From Hydrurus foetidus (Eukaryota), in assembly GCA_900617105.1 (NCBI GenBank), contig UYFQ01000600.1, forward strand, positions 1-64,000: a DNA stretch of 64,000 nucleotides. The letters run 5' to 3'. Below the pieces are notes generated by a model. It saw nothing but the letters and a program-made list of their open reading frames with translations, did no database searches and was not told the DNA's origin. Made by a program: the position numbers and the translations under genes. Each line of letters opens with the position of its first letter. Position 1 is the first letter of the stretch. Below, piece by piece: positions 31,903 through 43,398 of this stretch.

Positions 31903-32857
31903 TCAGCCGCCCTCGCGCGGGCCGGCCACGAAGGCCACGGCCTTGACGATGTGGTCGGCGAAGTCGCGGCCCAGCAGCCGGGTATGGCTGGCCGCCTCGA
32001 CATGGTCGACCAGGCCGTGGCGCGAGGCGTTTGCCGGCGCCGCCTGGATCGTCTTCCACGCCTCGCGGCCCTTCACCGGTCCGGCGGTGACCACGGCCAC
32101 CGGCCAGGCGGGATCATAGGGCGGCTGCAGGGCGGCCTGGTCCGAGGCCTGGGCCCACAACTCGACCTCGTCGGCCGAGGTTCGGTTATGGCGGCCACTG
32201 GCGAAGGCCCAGCGCTTCTCGGCCCCGGCCGCCTTGGGCAGGCCGATCTTGTCGCCCATCCGCGTACGGGCCAGCGGCTTGTAGAGCCCCAGCGCCGCGC
32301 CCCGCGCCGCCCAGCGCGAGGCCGTTGCGAAGGCCTTGATGAAGCCGCTCATGCGGGGGTTCTGGGCCGCCTCGGGCGTCGCCGCGTCGACCAGGACCAG
32401 GCCCGCGATCTGGCCCGGTTCTGGCCGCATACTGGCGCAGCCTCAGCCCCGCCATCGAGTGGCCGACCAGGATGTAGGGCCCCGGCTCGCCCGAGACGGC
32501 GACCAGCTTTTCAAAGTCCGCGACGATGGCCAGGCCGTCGCGCGGCGCCGGTCCCGGCGGCGAATAGCCCATGCCGGCCCGGTCATAGGCGCAGGAGCGC
32601 CAGCCGGCCGTCGTCAGGGCCTCCTGGGTGGCGCCCCAGTCGGCGGCGAAGCCAAAGGCGCCGGCCTCCAGCCAGACGACTGGACGGGCGCTGCTGGGCC
32701 CCTCGCAGACCAGCCGCAGGCTGCGGCCCGCCTCGATCTGCACGATCTCGCCGCGAGGGCGCGGCGCACCAGAGGCGCTCATCACGCCGCCCAGGGCGAT
32801 ATAGGAAACCAAAAAGACAACGACACCGGCGAAACCGTGAACAAGGACCTTGAGCAT
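31903..32857 (-). CDS. Alpha/beta hydrolase (frameshift near 32420)
   Basis: AYDRAGMGYS, LVGHSMAG nucleophile elbow, LVLVDA. Confidence 0.88.
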
Positions 32858-32902
32858 GGTCCCCACCTTACCGCTCGATCGTGACGCGTCGAGCGTCGTC
32901 TC

Positions 32903-33645
32903 TCAGCTGTCGGCGACGGAAATGCGGGTGCGGGCGCGGCCGCCCTTGGCCTTGGCCAGCTTCACGCTCTCTGGCCAGTTGGACACCTGGGCGATCCGCA
33001 CCTTGCGGGACACCCGGGCGGCGGCGCGCAGCGGCAGGTCGTCGGCCTCCGCGAAGGTCTGTCCCAGAAAGAAGGAGGGATTGAGAGGCTTGCCCTTGCG
33101 GCGCAACTCAAAATGCAGGTGCGCGCCTGTCGAGCGGCCACTGCTGCCGACATAGGCGATCGTCTGGCCGCGCCGGGCGTACATCCCTGGCTTAACGCCC
33201 CGCGCGGTGGCGCCCAGATGGGCGTACATCGTGCGGAAGCCGTCCTTGTGAGCGATCTCCACGAAACGGCCGTACGACCGCTGGCGTCCGCACGACCACC
33301 CGTCGGTAGCGGTATGATCGCCGAACCGGCCGGTGCGGCGATGTCGACACCCTCATGGAGGCGGCCGTTTTCTTCCCACGGCAACTGGCGAAGGCCGAAC
33401 GGCGAATTGACCACGCGGCCCGGCAAGGGGGTGTCGAACACGAAGGCCGGCGGCGGCGGAGGCGGTGGCGCAATCTCCACAGGCGGCGCCTCGACCACGG
33501 GCGTGGGCGCCAGATCCGGCTCGCCGGCGAAGGCCCGCAGGGCCGAGCCCGCGCTGAGCGCGCATACCGTCGCGAGCGCGCCTGCCAGGGCGAGGAAGGC
33601 GGCGCGGGAATAGGCAGGTCGGGCGGCGAGGGTCTGTGACGTCAA
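32903..33645 (-). CDS. M23 (LytM) peptidase (frameshifted)
   Basis: HEGVD, YAHL, VGSSGRSTGAHLHFE motifs; N-terminal signal and Pro-rich linker. Confidence 0.88.
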
Positions 33646-34305
33646 GAATCCGCTTCCTCAAAGACGAGCGGTCGACCTGGGGGACCGTGCGAAGGCGCAT
33701 TTGGTCTCACAGCGACCTTTCATGATCATGAATCGGCGGGATAGATGACGGCTCTATTGGGCGAAAGCTGGGCATAGCTTAACCATTCATCCACCTTTAG
33801 GCAGATGTTCGGCGACGTTATGGACGCGTACTCTACGGCGGCAAATCTTCACTATGATTTCGACAACAATATTCACCCAACTTCATCAAGAGTAACGCCG
33901 GTGCGGGTCAGGGAAAGTCGAGGCGTCGCCCGCCGACCCCACTTGGCGATGCTTGGCCTTCGCCGGCGCGATCAGCCGCGACGCGCCTGAGAACAGGATC
34001 CACGGGCCCGAGCGCCGCTCCCGCCAAGACAACCGGCGCCCGCCCCGACACGGCCCGGTCCCGGGGCGGTGCGACACCCTGTCGCGACACGGCGGCGCGG
34101 GTAAGGATCACGATCACCCCGCGCCGAAGCGGCGGTTGTCTTTACAAACATTACTGGAATTTTATTCCATTAAACGCGTGTAATTCTCTAAATTAATCGT
34201 CATGACTGAGACGTAACGGGACTTAACGAGCACCCGCAAGTACACCCATCGACATGGGGCGCAGCAAAGCGCCGGACACAAACCAAAACCGAGGGATTAC
34301 TTCAA

Positions 34306-34654
34306 ATGCGCAAGTTCATCATGAGCCTGACCACTGTCGCCAGCATCAGCCTGGCCGCCATTCCCGTCCTGGGCCTGACCCAGGCCGCCAACGCCGGCGA
34401 ACTGCAAGCCCGCATCGCGGTCAGCGACCTGAACCTGTCCAACCCCGCCCAGGCCGCCGTGTTCAAGGCCCGCGTCGACAACGCCGCCCAGACTCATGCC
34501 GCCGCGCCCAGATCCGCAGCAACACCGCCCGCCTGTCTTACGGCGCCTGCCGCCTCGAAGTGCGCCGCGAAGCCGATCGCCAGCTCTCGACCCACCAGCG
34601 CAAGGCCCTGAAGTTCGCCGCCAGCGCCGCGCCCGTCGAGATGGCCGCCCGGTG
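34306..34654 (+). CDS. UrcA-family secreted protein (frameshift near 34500)
   Basis: Signal peptide, IAVSDLNLSNPAQAAVFKARVDNAA, then Cys pair in corrected frame; SD GAGGGA. Confidence 0.8.
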
Positions 34655-34683
34655 AGTTCAGGCCTGGCGACACCCGGAAACGA

Positions 34684-34713
34684 CAAAGGCCTCAGGATCA
34701 CCTGAGGCCTTTG
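34684..34713. terminator. Bidirectional terminator
   Basis: CAAAGGCCTCAGG-ATCA-CCTGAGGCCTTTG perfect stem between convergent genes. Confidence 0.8.
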
Positions 34714-34739
34714 CTATCCGGGACGCGCAGAGGGGAAGA

Positions 34740-36158
34740 TCAGAGCCCCTTCACGATCCCCTCGACCATCTTCTTGGCGTCGCCGAACAGCATCATGGTG
34801 TTGTCGCGGAAGAACAGTTCGTTCTCGACGCCGGCATAGCCCGAGGCCATGCCGCGCTTGATGAACAGCACCGTACGGGCCTTTTCGACATCCAGGATCG
34901 GCATGCCGTAGATGGCGCTGGTCGGGTCGGTCTTGGCGGCCGGGTTGGTGACGTCATTGGCGCCGATCACGAAGGCCACGTCGGCCGTCGAGAACTCGCT
35001 GTTGATGTCTTCCAGCTCAAAGACCTCGTCATAGGGGACGTTGGCCTCGGCCAGCAGCACGTTCATGTGGCCCGGCATGCGGCCGGCGACGGGGTGAATG
35101 GCGTATTTCACCTCGACGCCCTCCTCCTTCAGCTTGTCGCACATCTCGCGAAGGATGTGCTGGGCCTGGGAAACGGCCATGCCGTAGCCGGGGACGATGA
35201 TCACCTTGCTGGCGTTCTTCATGATGAAGGCCGCATCGTCGGCGCTGCCCTGCTTGACCGGACGGCTCTCGACCTTGCCGCCAGGCCCCGCCACGGCGTC
35301 GGCGGCGCCGAAACCGCCGAGGATCACCGAGACGAACGAGCGGTTCATCGCCTTGCACATGATGTAGGACAGGATCGCCCCCGACGAGCCCACCAGGGCG
35401 CCGGTGATGATCAGGGTCGTGTTTTCCAGCGTGAAGCCCAGGGCCGCCGCCGCCCAGCCGGAATAGCTGTTGAGCATCGAGACCACGACAGGCATGTCGG
35501 CGCCGCCGATCGGGATGATCAGGGTGACGCCGATGATCAGGGCCAGGGCGAAGATACCCCAGAACGCCCAGATGGCCGCGCCGCCCGACATCACCAGCAC
35601 CACGACCAGGGCGACGATGCCCAGGCCCAGGGCGATGTTCAGCAGGTGACGCGCCGGCAGCATGATCGGCGCGCCGCCCATATTGCCGTTCAGCTTGGCG
35701 AAGGCGATGACCGAACCGGTGAAGGTGATGGCGCCGATGGCCAGGCCCAGGGACAGTTCGATCAGGCTGTTGAGGTGGATGTGGCCATCCTCGCCGACGA
35801 TGCCGTAGGCGGCCGGCGTATAGATGGCGGCTACGGCGACCAGACAGGCGGCCATGCCGACCAGCGAGTGGAAGGCGGCGACCAGCTGCGGCATCGAGGT
35901 CATCGGCACCTTGCGGGCGATGACCGCGCCGACGCCGCCGCCGACGGCGACGCCGCCGAGGATCAGGCCCAGGGTGATGACGTCCAGCGCGCCCTGGCTC
36001 CACAGGGTGGCCAGGGTGGTGCCGACCGCGATGGCCATGCCGATCATGCCGTTGCGGTTGCCCGCCTGGCTGGTGGTCGGGCTGGAGAGGCCGCGCAGGG
36101 CCAGGATGAACAGCACCCCCGAGACGATATAGAGGATGGCGGCGAGATTGGCGTTCAT
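34740..36158 (-). CDS. pntB: NAD(P) transhydrogenase beta subunit
   Basis: [48 protein letters not shown]. Confidence 0.97.
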   Translation of the reverse strand: MNANLAAILYIVSGVLFILALRGLSSPTTSQAGNRNGMIGMAIAVGTTLATLWSQGALDVITLGLILGGVAVGGGVGAVIARKVPMTSMPQLVAAFHSLVGMAACLVAVAAIYTPAAYGIVGEDGHIHLNSLIELSLGLAIGAITFTGSVIAFAKLNGNMGGAPIMLPARHLLNIALGLGIVALVVVLVMSGGAAIWAFWGIFALALIIGVTLIIPIGGADMPVVVSMLNSYSGWAAAALGFTLENTTLIITGALVGSSGAILSYIMCKAMNRSFVSVILGGFGAADAVAGPGGKVESRPVKQGSADDAAFIMKNASKVIIVPGYGMAVSQAQHILREMCDKLKEEGVEVKYAIHPVAGRMPGHMNVLLAEANVPYDEVFELEDINSEFSTADVAFVIGANDVTNPAAKTDPTSAIYGMPILDVEKARTVLFIKRGMASGYAGVENELFFRDNTMMLFGDAKKMVEGIVKGL

Positions 36159-36454
36159 TCGGAGGTCCCCCCGGACGGCGGCGGCGCCTTGTCGGCGCGC
36201 AGATTGGCGAGCAGCAGAGCCGCGCCCATGCCGACGGCAAAGGGCGAGAGCCAGCGAAGGATGTCGGCAGCGCCGCTGGTTCCGGCCTGCAGGCCGATGG
36301 CGTTGGCGCTGAGCCCGATGGCGATCAGGACGAAGGCCGGCGCGAAGGCGGCGCCGTTGCCGGTCGCCGTCTTGCGGGGCAGCATCATCGAGACGCCGGC
36401 GGCGATGATCAGGATGACGAGCGCAGCCAGGGTCAGAGTGGCGAAGCCGCTCAC
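36155..36454 (-). CDS. Hypothetical 99-aa three-TM protein inside the pnt operon
   Basis: GTG overlaps the pntA2 stop (GTGA) and its TGA overlaps the pntB ATG (ATGA); three hydrophobic helices. Confidence 0.7.
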   Translation of the reverse strand: MSGFATLTLAALVILIIAAGVSMMLPRKTATGNGAAFAPAFVLIAIGLSANAIGLQAGTSGAADILRWLSPFAVGMGAALLLANLRADKAPPPSGGTSE

Positions 36455-36772
36455 TTGGCCTTGTCCTTCTTCTTGTACATGGCCAGCATCCGCTGGGTGA
36501 CCAGGAAGCCCCCGAAGATATTGACCGCCGCAAAGGCTGCGGCGATCGCGCCGGCCCCCTTGGAGATCCAGACCGAACTGGGCGGCCTTCCCGTACCGCC
36601 GGGCGGCGGCGGCGAGCAAGGCTCCGACGATGATCACGGAGGAAATGGCGTTGGTCACCGCCATCAGCGGCGTGTGCAGGGCGGGTGTCACGCTCCACAC
36701 GACATAGTAGCCCACGAAAATGGCGAGCACGAAGATCGCCAGACGGAACACGGTGGGGTCGACGGCTTCCAT
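36451..36772 (-). CDS. pntA: NAD(P) transhydrogenase alpha subunit part 2 (frameshift)
   Basis: [22 protein letters not shown]; corrected end [23 protein letters not shown]. Confidence 0.93.
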
Positions 36773-36794
36773 GGGAGCCTCCCTTTCTATGCGC

Positions 36795-37936
36795 TTAGGC
36801 GGTCTTCAGAGATGGATGAACGATTTCGCCACCCTGGGTGACCAGGGCCGCCTTCAGAATCTCGTCCTCGAAGTCGGGGGCGAAGGCGCCCTCCTTGTTC
36901 AGGAACAGACCCGACAGGGCGAAGAGATTGCGCGAATAGAGCGCCGAGGCGTCGGTGGCGATCCGGCCCGGCAGGTTGGCCTGGCCGAGGATCTTGGCGC
37001 CGTTGGCGGTGACCACGGTCTCGTTCAGCTTGGCGCCGACGACATTACCGCCCTGCTCGATGGCCAGGTCGACCAGGATCGAGCCGGCGCGCATCGAAGC
37101 CACCTGCTCGGCGCTGACCAGCTTGGGCGCCGGGCGCCCAGGGATCAGCGCCGTGGTGATGACGATATCCTGCTTGGCGATGTGCGCGGACACCAGTTCG
37201 GCCTGCTTGGCCTGGTATTCCTTCGACATTTCCTTGGCGTAGCCGCCGGCGGTCTGGGCGTTCTTGAATTCCTCGTCCTCGACGGCCAGGAACTTGGCGC
37301 CCAGCGATTCGACCTGCTCCTTGGTGGCGGGGCGAACGTCAGTGGCGGTGACCACCGCGCCCAGGCGGCGGGCCGTGGCGATGGCCTGCAGGCCGGCGAC
37401 GCCGACCCCCATGATGAACACCTTGGCCGCAGCGATCGTGCCGGCGGCGGTCATCATCATCGGCAGGGCCTTGCCATAGGCCTCGGCCCCCTCGATCACG
37501 GCGCGATAGCCGGCGAGGTTGGCTTGCGAAGACAGCATGTCCATCACCTGGGCCCGCGTGATGCGCGGGATGAATTCCATGGCGATGGCGCTGACGCCGG
37601 CCTTGGCCAGGGCGGCGAGCGTGTCCTTGTCCTGATGTGGATTGAGCGCGGCGGCGACAATGGCGCCGCTCTTCAGGGCGGCGATCTCCGCCGCTTCGGG
37701 CGCGCGCACCTTGAACAGAACGTCAGCGCCGGTGATGGCGGCCTTGGCGGTCTTGGCCAGCTTGGCGCCGGCCGCTTCATAGTCGGCGTCGGGTAGGAAG
37801 CGGCTGCGCCCGCGCCGGCTTCGATCACCACCGAGAAGCCGGCGGCGATCAATTTCTTCACCGTTTCAGGCGTGGCGGCGACCCGCGTTTCACCCCCGCG
37901 GGTTTCTTTCGTCACGGCGACGACGGCCATCGGCAT
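36795..37936 (-). CDS. pntA: NAD(P) transhydrogenase alpha subunit part 1 (frameshift near 37795)
   Basis: [50 protein letters not shown]. Confidence 0.95.
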
Positions 37937-38054
37937 ACCCCTCCCAGAGCGCTGCTATCCCAGTCAGCTTGCGCTGCTGTTTAGGGGATAGTCTTGCCTC
38001 TTGTCGAGGCGTTACGCGCGCGTCAGGGAGAAACTATGCCGATGTCCACCGGTG

Positions 38055-38285
38055 TCAGTGTGAGGAAGCGGGCTTTTCGCGAAGAAACACAATGCCCACG
38101 ACAGCCAGCACGAATCCGGAGATCGCGCCGGCGAGGAAGCCGGCCGGCGTGCAGAACCACATGGTAATCGTCAGCAGCAGGACCGCGATCGCCAGCGAGC
38201 CCCACTTGGTCATGCCGCCAAAGGCGGCATAGGTCGCAGCTTGTTCCTGGATGTCCATTTCACCGCGGTGGTAGTCGCCGGCCAT
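38055..38285 (-). CDS. aa3-type cytochrome c oxidase subunit IV
   Basis: YHRGEMDIQEQAATYAAF pattern. Confidence 0.85.
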   Translation of the reverse strand: MAGDYHRGEMDIQEQAATYAAFGGMTKWGSLAIAVLLLTITMWFCTPAGFLAGAISGFVLAVVGIVFLREKPASSH

Positions 38286-39323
38286 GTCGTCGTCCTCGTT
38301 GGGGAAGAAAGATAGTCCAGCCGCTTACAACGGCAGGCCTAAGGCTCAAGCGGGCTATGCCCGCGACACTTTCGACGGTCACAGCCGCCATGCCGCCACG
38401 AGGGCCGACAATTGGCCGAAGAAAGCGCGAATAGTCGAGCGGCGGGCTGTCGCCAAACAGGCCGATCGACGTGACGCCCACCGAAGCGGCCAGATTGAGC
38501 GGCCCAGAATCATTGCCGATGAAAAGATCGGCCCGCGACAGCAGGGCCGCGCCGGCGTCCAGCTTCAGGTCGCAGACATTGACGTTGATGCAACTGCGGT
38601 CGGCGCGTCTGAGTTCGGCGTTGACCGCGGCGCTGTCACCTGATCCGCCCAGCCAGAAATGGGCGCCGCCGAGGTCCGACAGGGCGGCGCTCAGGCCGGT
38701 AAAGCGATCCAGCGGCCAGCAACGGCGCGGTTCGCTGGCGCCGACGCCGTAGACGATCCACGGCTTGGGCAAATGGCCGAAGCGTTGTTCGACCCCCTCC
38801 AGGGCGGCAGGGACAGGAAGCAGGGCCGGCTCGCGGCTGGCGACTTTCAGACCATGGGCCGCCTCGAAGGCCGCCAGCTTCTCGATCCGGTGGGCCGAGC
38901 GCATGGCGCGCGGCAGGAAGGGGCCGTGGGTCAGCCAGCGCTCCTGGCTGTGGCCCAAGCCAAAGCCGCGCCGCTCACGTACCCCAGCCAGGGCGGCGCC
39001 GATGGCGGGACGGTCGATCTTTTCCAGGATCCACACCGCCCGTGGCCGGCGCAGTCGACAGAGGCGATAGAAGTCCACGATCTCGACGAGATGACGAAGG
39101 CCACCGGCGCGATACTCCAGATAGTCGACGACCTCGACACAGGGCTCGCCGGCCAGCAGTTCCCGCGCCCGGCTGGACGGACGGGCAGCCAGCAGCACCT
39201 TGCCCTCAAGCGCCCGGGCGGCGATGGCCCGCAAGGTCGGCAGGTGCCACATCAGGTCGCCCACGCCCCGGTCGGGCATGTAGACCATCACCATCCCGGC
39301 AGGCGGCCCCCAGGCGGCGTCAT
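38260..39323 (-). CDS. Glycosyltransferase family 9 (heptosyltransferase-like; ends uncertain)
   Basis: GVGDLMW..P.LRA, RCWPLDRF, FIGNDSGPLNLAA..GLFG. Confidence 0.85.
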
Positions 39324-40258
39324 CGCCAGGCGGCGAGCAGGCCGCGCAGCCCGGCCACGAAGGCCAGGGGCTGATCGATCATCACATGGTGGTCGGCGTC
39401 GGGAATCGGCACGAGCATCACGTCCTTGGGCATCTGATCGAGCATATAGCCCAGGGTTTCGTCATGCGCAAGGTTGGACCGTTCGCCCCACATCAGCGCG
39501 GCGGGGCAGGCGATACGGGTCAGCAGGTCGCCAAGGTCGGGCATGGAGAACCGCTGCCAGATGGCCGGGTCGAATTTCCACGTCCAGCCGCCATCGGCTT
39601 CCTTCAGCGAGCGGCGGGCGATGTAGTCGGCGATAAACAGGTTCTCGCAGGCCTGGGGCGGGGCCAGGCGGAAGCGGGCCAGGGCCTCGGTCAGGGTCTC
39701 ATAGACCTTGTTGCCGAACCCTGCGCGCGGCGGCGGCCCCTTCCAGCGCTTGTCCGGCGGCTGGATGCTGGAATCGACCATGATGATCCCGCGCAGGCGG
39801 TCGGCGTGCTCGACGCCGCAATAGAGGGTGGGAAAGCCGCCGAACGAGTGGCCCACCAGGATCGGCTTGACGCCGCCGGCCTCCAGCCCCGCCGCCTCGA
39901 CCGCCGCGAACACCTCGGCCGCGAAACTCTGGGCCGAATAGGCCTCGCGCCAGCCCGAACCGCCCATGCCGGCCCAGGAGATCGCCGCCACCCGCCAGTC
40001 CTTCGCGAACCAGGGCGCGATGAAGCTCCACCAGTCGGCGTGGGCGCCGTTGCCATGCAGGAACAGCAGGCCCGGCTTGCCGACCTCGCCCCAGGTTAGG
40101 AGCTCGATGTCGACGCCATCGACAGGGATCGTCGACCGCTCGGGTTCAATGGCCAGCGCCGCCTCGAACCAGGCCGGCGCGGGCGGAGTCTGGCCGTTGA
40201 ACGCCACCAGGGGCGCGGGCAGGGGCGGCGGCGTGTGCAACAGTTGGTCGTCGGCCAT
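39320..40258 (-). CDS. Alpha/beta hydrolase
   Basis: LHGNGAHADWW, VGHSFGG, WKFDP, HHVMIDQP. Confidence 0.9.
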   Translation of the reverse strand: MADDQLLHTPPPLPAPLVAFNGQTPPAPAWFEAALAIEPERSTIPVDGVDIELLTWGEVGKPGLLFLHGNGAHADWWSFIAPWFAKDWRVAAISWAGMGGSGWREAYSAQSFAAEVFAAVEAAGLEAGGVKPILVGHSFGGFPTLYCGVEHADRLRGIIMVDSSIQPPDKRWKGPPPRAGFGNKVYETLTEALARFRLAPPQACENLFIADYIARRSLKEADGGWTWKFDPAIWQRFSMPDLGDLLTRIACPAALMWGERSNLAHDETLGYMLDQMPKDVMLVPIPDADHHVMIDQPLAFVAGLRGLLAAWR

Positions 40259-40260
40259 GC

Positions 40261-40733
40261 TCAGCTCTCTTCCTTGAAGGCCAGCTCGCCCGGACGTGGC
40301 TTGCGCGCACTGAGGCCCTTGAAGACGCCGGTGCCGGTAATCAGGGTGCGGTCGCCCGACCAGATCCTGCCGCGCACGGTGAAGACCATGTCCTCCTCGC
40401 CGATCAGCTCGCCCTGGCCTTCGACCCAGTCGCCCAGCTTGGCGCCCGACAGGAAATCGCACATCAGCCGCACCGTGACCCAGCTGTAGGACTTCTGCAG
40501 CGAGATGATCCGCCCCCAGGCCATGTCGGCGAAGCTCATCAGCATGCCGCCGTGGCAATTGCCCAGGCCGTTGGTGTGGTGCTCCTCGACGCGGAAGGCC
40601 AGGCGCGCGTCGCCCGGCCCGCCCGCTGTTCAAACAATGGCCCGATCTGACGGCCAAAGCCGCGGGACCAGTTAAGCTGGCTATAGCCATCGGGGATGGC
40701 GGCGGTCTGGGCGTCGGTAAGATCGTCGGACAT
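40261..40733 (-). CDS. PaaI-family thioesterase (frameshift)
   Basis: [19 protein letters not shown] hot-dog motif across frames. Confidence 0.85.
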
Positions 40734-40853
40734 GGAACAAATCCTAACGATCGTTTGAACAAAGCGGAACCCTTCCTCGACGGCGGGTAATGACGGCCCT
40801 TGTAAGGATGGGGCGTTGGCCGGCGTCTAACCTTCTCGAACACGGGATGGGCC

Positions 40854-41378
40854 ATGGGCGGATCAGCATCAGAAGCGACGGGGGACGCAGCGTTCGCCGA
40901 CTGGCTGGCGCCCCATCTGGGCGCCCTGCGCCGGATCAGCCGCGCCTTCGCCCAACCCGCCGACCAGCATGACCTGATGCAGGAGCTGATGCTGGCGGTC
41001 TGGAGCGCCCGGCCCCGCTTTCAGGACCGCAGCGCGGCGGCGACCTTCATCTACCGCGTCGCCCACAATACCGCCCTGACCTGGAAGCGCGGCGAGACCC
41101 GTCGCCGGCGGCGGGGCGAGGCGATCGAGACCGAGATAGCCCTGCGCGCCGAGCGGGACGGCGCCGAGCCCGAGGCCGGGCTGCTGGACAGGCTGTACGG
41201 GGCGATCCGCACCCTGCCTCCGGTCGACCGGTCGTTGATCCTGCTGTCGCTCGACGGCGTGAGCTACGGCGAGATCGCTCGACTGCATGGCCTCAGTGAA
41301 ACCAATGTCGGGGCCCGCCTGACCCGTATCCGGCAGCGGATCGCCAGCCTGGTGGAGGACCGCGACCATGGACTTTGA
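40854..41378 (+). CDS. ECF sigma factor
   Basis: DLMQE..W, FIYRVAHNTAL, region 4 SYGEIARLHGLSETNVGARLTR. Confidence 0.92.
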   Translation: MGGSASEATGDAAFADWLAPHLGALRRISRAFAQPADQHDLMQELMLAVWSARPRFQDRSAAATFIYRVAHNTALTWKRGETRRRRRGEAIETEIALRAERDGAEPEAGLLDRLYGAIRTLPPVDRSLILLSLDGVSYGEIARLHGLSETNVGARLTRIRQRIASLVEDRDHGL

Positions 41379-41967
41379 ACGTCTCGAACAGGCCTGGCGC
41401 TCGGAAGCCAACACGCCCGACGCCCAGGCCCAAACCTTTCTGATGGAGGAACTGATGCGGACCCTGAAAACCCGCCGTCGCGGGGAGCTGCTGCTGTTCA
41501 TGATCCCCGCCGCCGCGATGACGCTGTTCACCGCCATCGCTGTGACGTCGGTTCTGAACGGCGCGATGGAGGTCAGTCGTGAATGGGGAGGGCTGGGCAT
41601 GCTGGCCGTCTGCTGGATCGTTCTGGCGGCCATGCTGATCAGCGGCGTCCTGATGCGGCGCCGGCGCAGCATGAGCGGATCGCCGGTGCGCGACACCCTG
41701 GCGGCCATGCTGGCCTCCAACCGCGCCGCGCGGGCCAATTGCCGGATCTTCTGGATCAGCTTGCCGGTCTTCATGGTCCCCATGCTGCTGGCCGTGACCC
41801 AGCTCCACGACGTGGGCAAGACCAGCGATCAGAACATGGTGCAGATGCTGCTGGTGTTCGGCGTCGCCCTGGCCGCCAGCGTTGCCTGGAACACCAGCCG
41901 GTACTTCCTGGTGCTGAAGCCGGAAGCCAAACGGCTGGAGGCCCTGCTGGCGGACTACGAAGGATAA
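41368..41967 (+). CDS. Four-TM membrane protein, putative anti-sigma factor
   Basis: Overlaps the ECF stop; MDFERLEQAW start; four TM helices. Confidence 0.7.
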   Translation: MDFERLEQAWRSEANTPDAQAQTFLMEELMRTLKTRRRGELLLFMIPAAAMTLFTAIAVTSVLNGAMEVSREWGGLGMLAVCWIVLAAMLISGVLMRRRRSMSGSPVRDTLAAMLASNRAARANCRIFWISLPVFMVPMLLAVTQLHDVGKTSDQNMVQMLLVFGVALAASVAWNTSRYFLVLKPEAKRLEALLADYEG

Positions 41968-42029
41968 CCCCCAGCCCTCAAAGCCCCCCCGTTAAGTCAG
42001 GGCGACTTCACACGCGAACGCGGCCGGCC

Positions 42030-43398
42030 TCAAGCCACCCCCGCCGCCGCCAGCACCGCCGCCTGCCGCTGGGCCAGGCCCTCTTCCGAGAAACCCTCCA
42101 GCGAGGCCTCGAACAACGCTTTCCAGTTGTGGCGAGCCCCAGGTGCAGGAAGGCCGCGCCCAGGCCGATGGCGGCGCGGTCCATAAACACGAATTCGCGC
42201 GGGATGGTGATTGGCCCTTGGACTTCAGGGCCTGACGCACCCGGAACGCCTCGCGACGGCCGTACTCGCCGGGCGGCACATCGTCGGCCACGGTGCGCAC
42301 GCGGTCGTCCAGCAGGGGGCCGTAGATGAAGCGTGCCCAGACGTTCAGAACGTCGACCAGCTCGTCATTGAGACCGGCGAAGCCCCAGCTGCGATAGGCC
42401 TCGTACTGCTCGGCGCGGTCATCGTTGGACAGGGCGCGATACAGCCGCACCACCCCGGCCACGAAGCGCGGCGGGAAGATGCGGATACAGCCGAAGTCCA
42501 GGAGGTTCAGGTGCGCGGCGCCGTCGCCGCCGGCGGGACCGCCGAAGGTGTAATTGCCCAGATGCGGGTCGCCGTGGATGATCCCCAGATGGGTCATCGG
42601 GCTCCACCAGGCCTCGAACAGCAGGGCGGCGATGCGGTCGCGGGTCTCCTGCGGCGCATCCTTGAAGGCCAGCAGGCCCTGCCCGTCCATCCAGGTCATG
42701 CTGAGCAGCCGGCCCGTGGACAGCGACGGCACGGGCTGCGGCACCCGGATGTCGTCGCGCCCCGAGAAGAAGCCGCTATAGAGGGCCATCAGCTTGGCCT
42801 CGCGGCCATAGTCCAGCTCCTCACGCAGGCGGTCGCCGATCTCGACGATCATCTGGGTGGGGTCGATCGAGCCGTCCATCCGCTTGAAGAGGGCGAACAG
42901 GGTCTTCAGCTGGCCCAGATCGCTTTCGACGGCGCTCTGCATGTCCGGATATTGCAGCTTCACGGCGATGGCCCGGCCGTCCGGCGCGACGGCGCGGTGC
43001 ACCTGGCCAAGCGACGCGGCCGCGCAGGCCTCATGCTCGAAGCTCTGGAATTTCGACTGCCAGTCGGGGCCCAGTTCGGCGGCCATCCGACGACGCACGA
43101 ACGGCCAGCCCATGGCCGGGGCGTTGGTCTGCAGCTCGCCCAGCTCGGCCGCGAACTCCGGCGGCAGCAGGTCGGGCACCGTGGCGAACATCTGGGCCGC
43201 CTTCATCAGCGGGCCTTTCAGCCCGCCCAGCGCGGCGCGCAAAGCCTTGGCGTTGCGGGCGTCGGCGCTGTCGCCGCCGAACAGGCTGTTGGCGCCGTAG
43301 CTGACGGCCGCGCCGGAAAGCCCCGCCCCGACCTTGGCGAAACGGCTCAGCCGGCCCGACAGGCGGTCGCGTTCGGGGTCGCGCGGATCATCAGCCAT
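42030..43398 (-). CDS. ABC1/UbiB/AarF atypical kinase (frameshifts at 3' end)
   Basis: AAASLGQVHRA, AVKLQYP, EELDY, HGDPHLGN, LLDFG. Confidence 0.92.

Noticed and set aside
34740..36698. 652-aa PntB with a long N-terminal extension
   Set aside because: The extension is an Arg/Pro-rich off-frame read over pntA2 and the inserted gene; PntB starts at 36158.
39320..40855. 511-aa hydrolase fusion
   Set aside because: The upstream part is the off-frame PaaI gene; the hydrolase starts at 40258 with its own SD.
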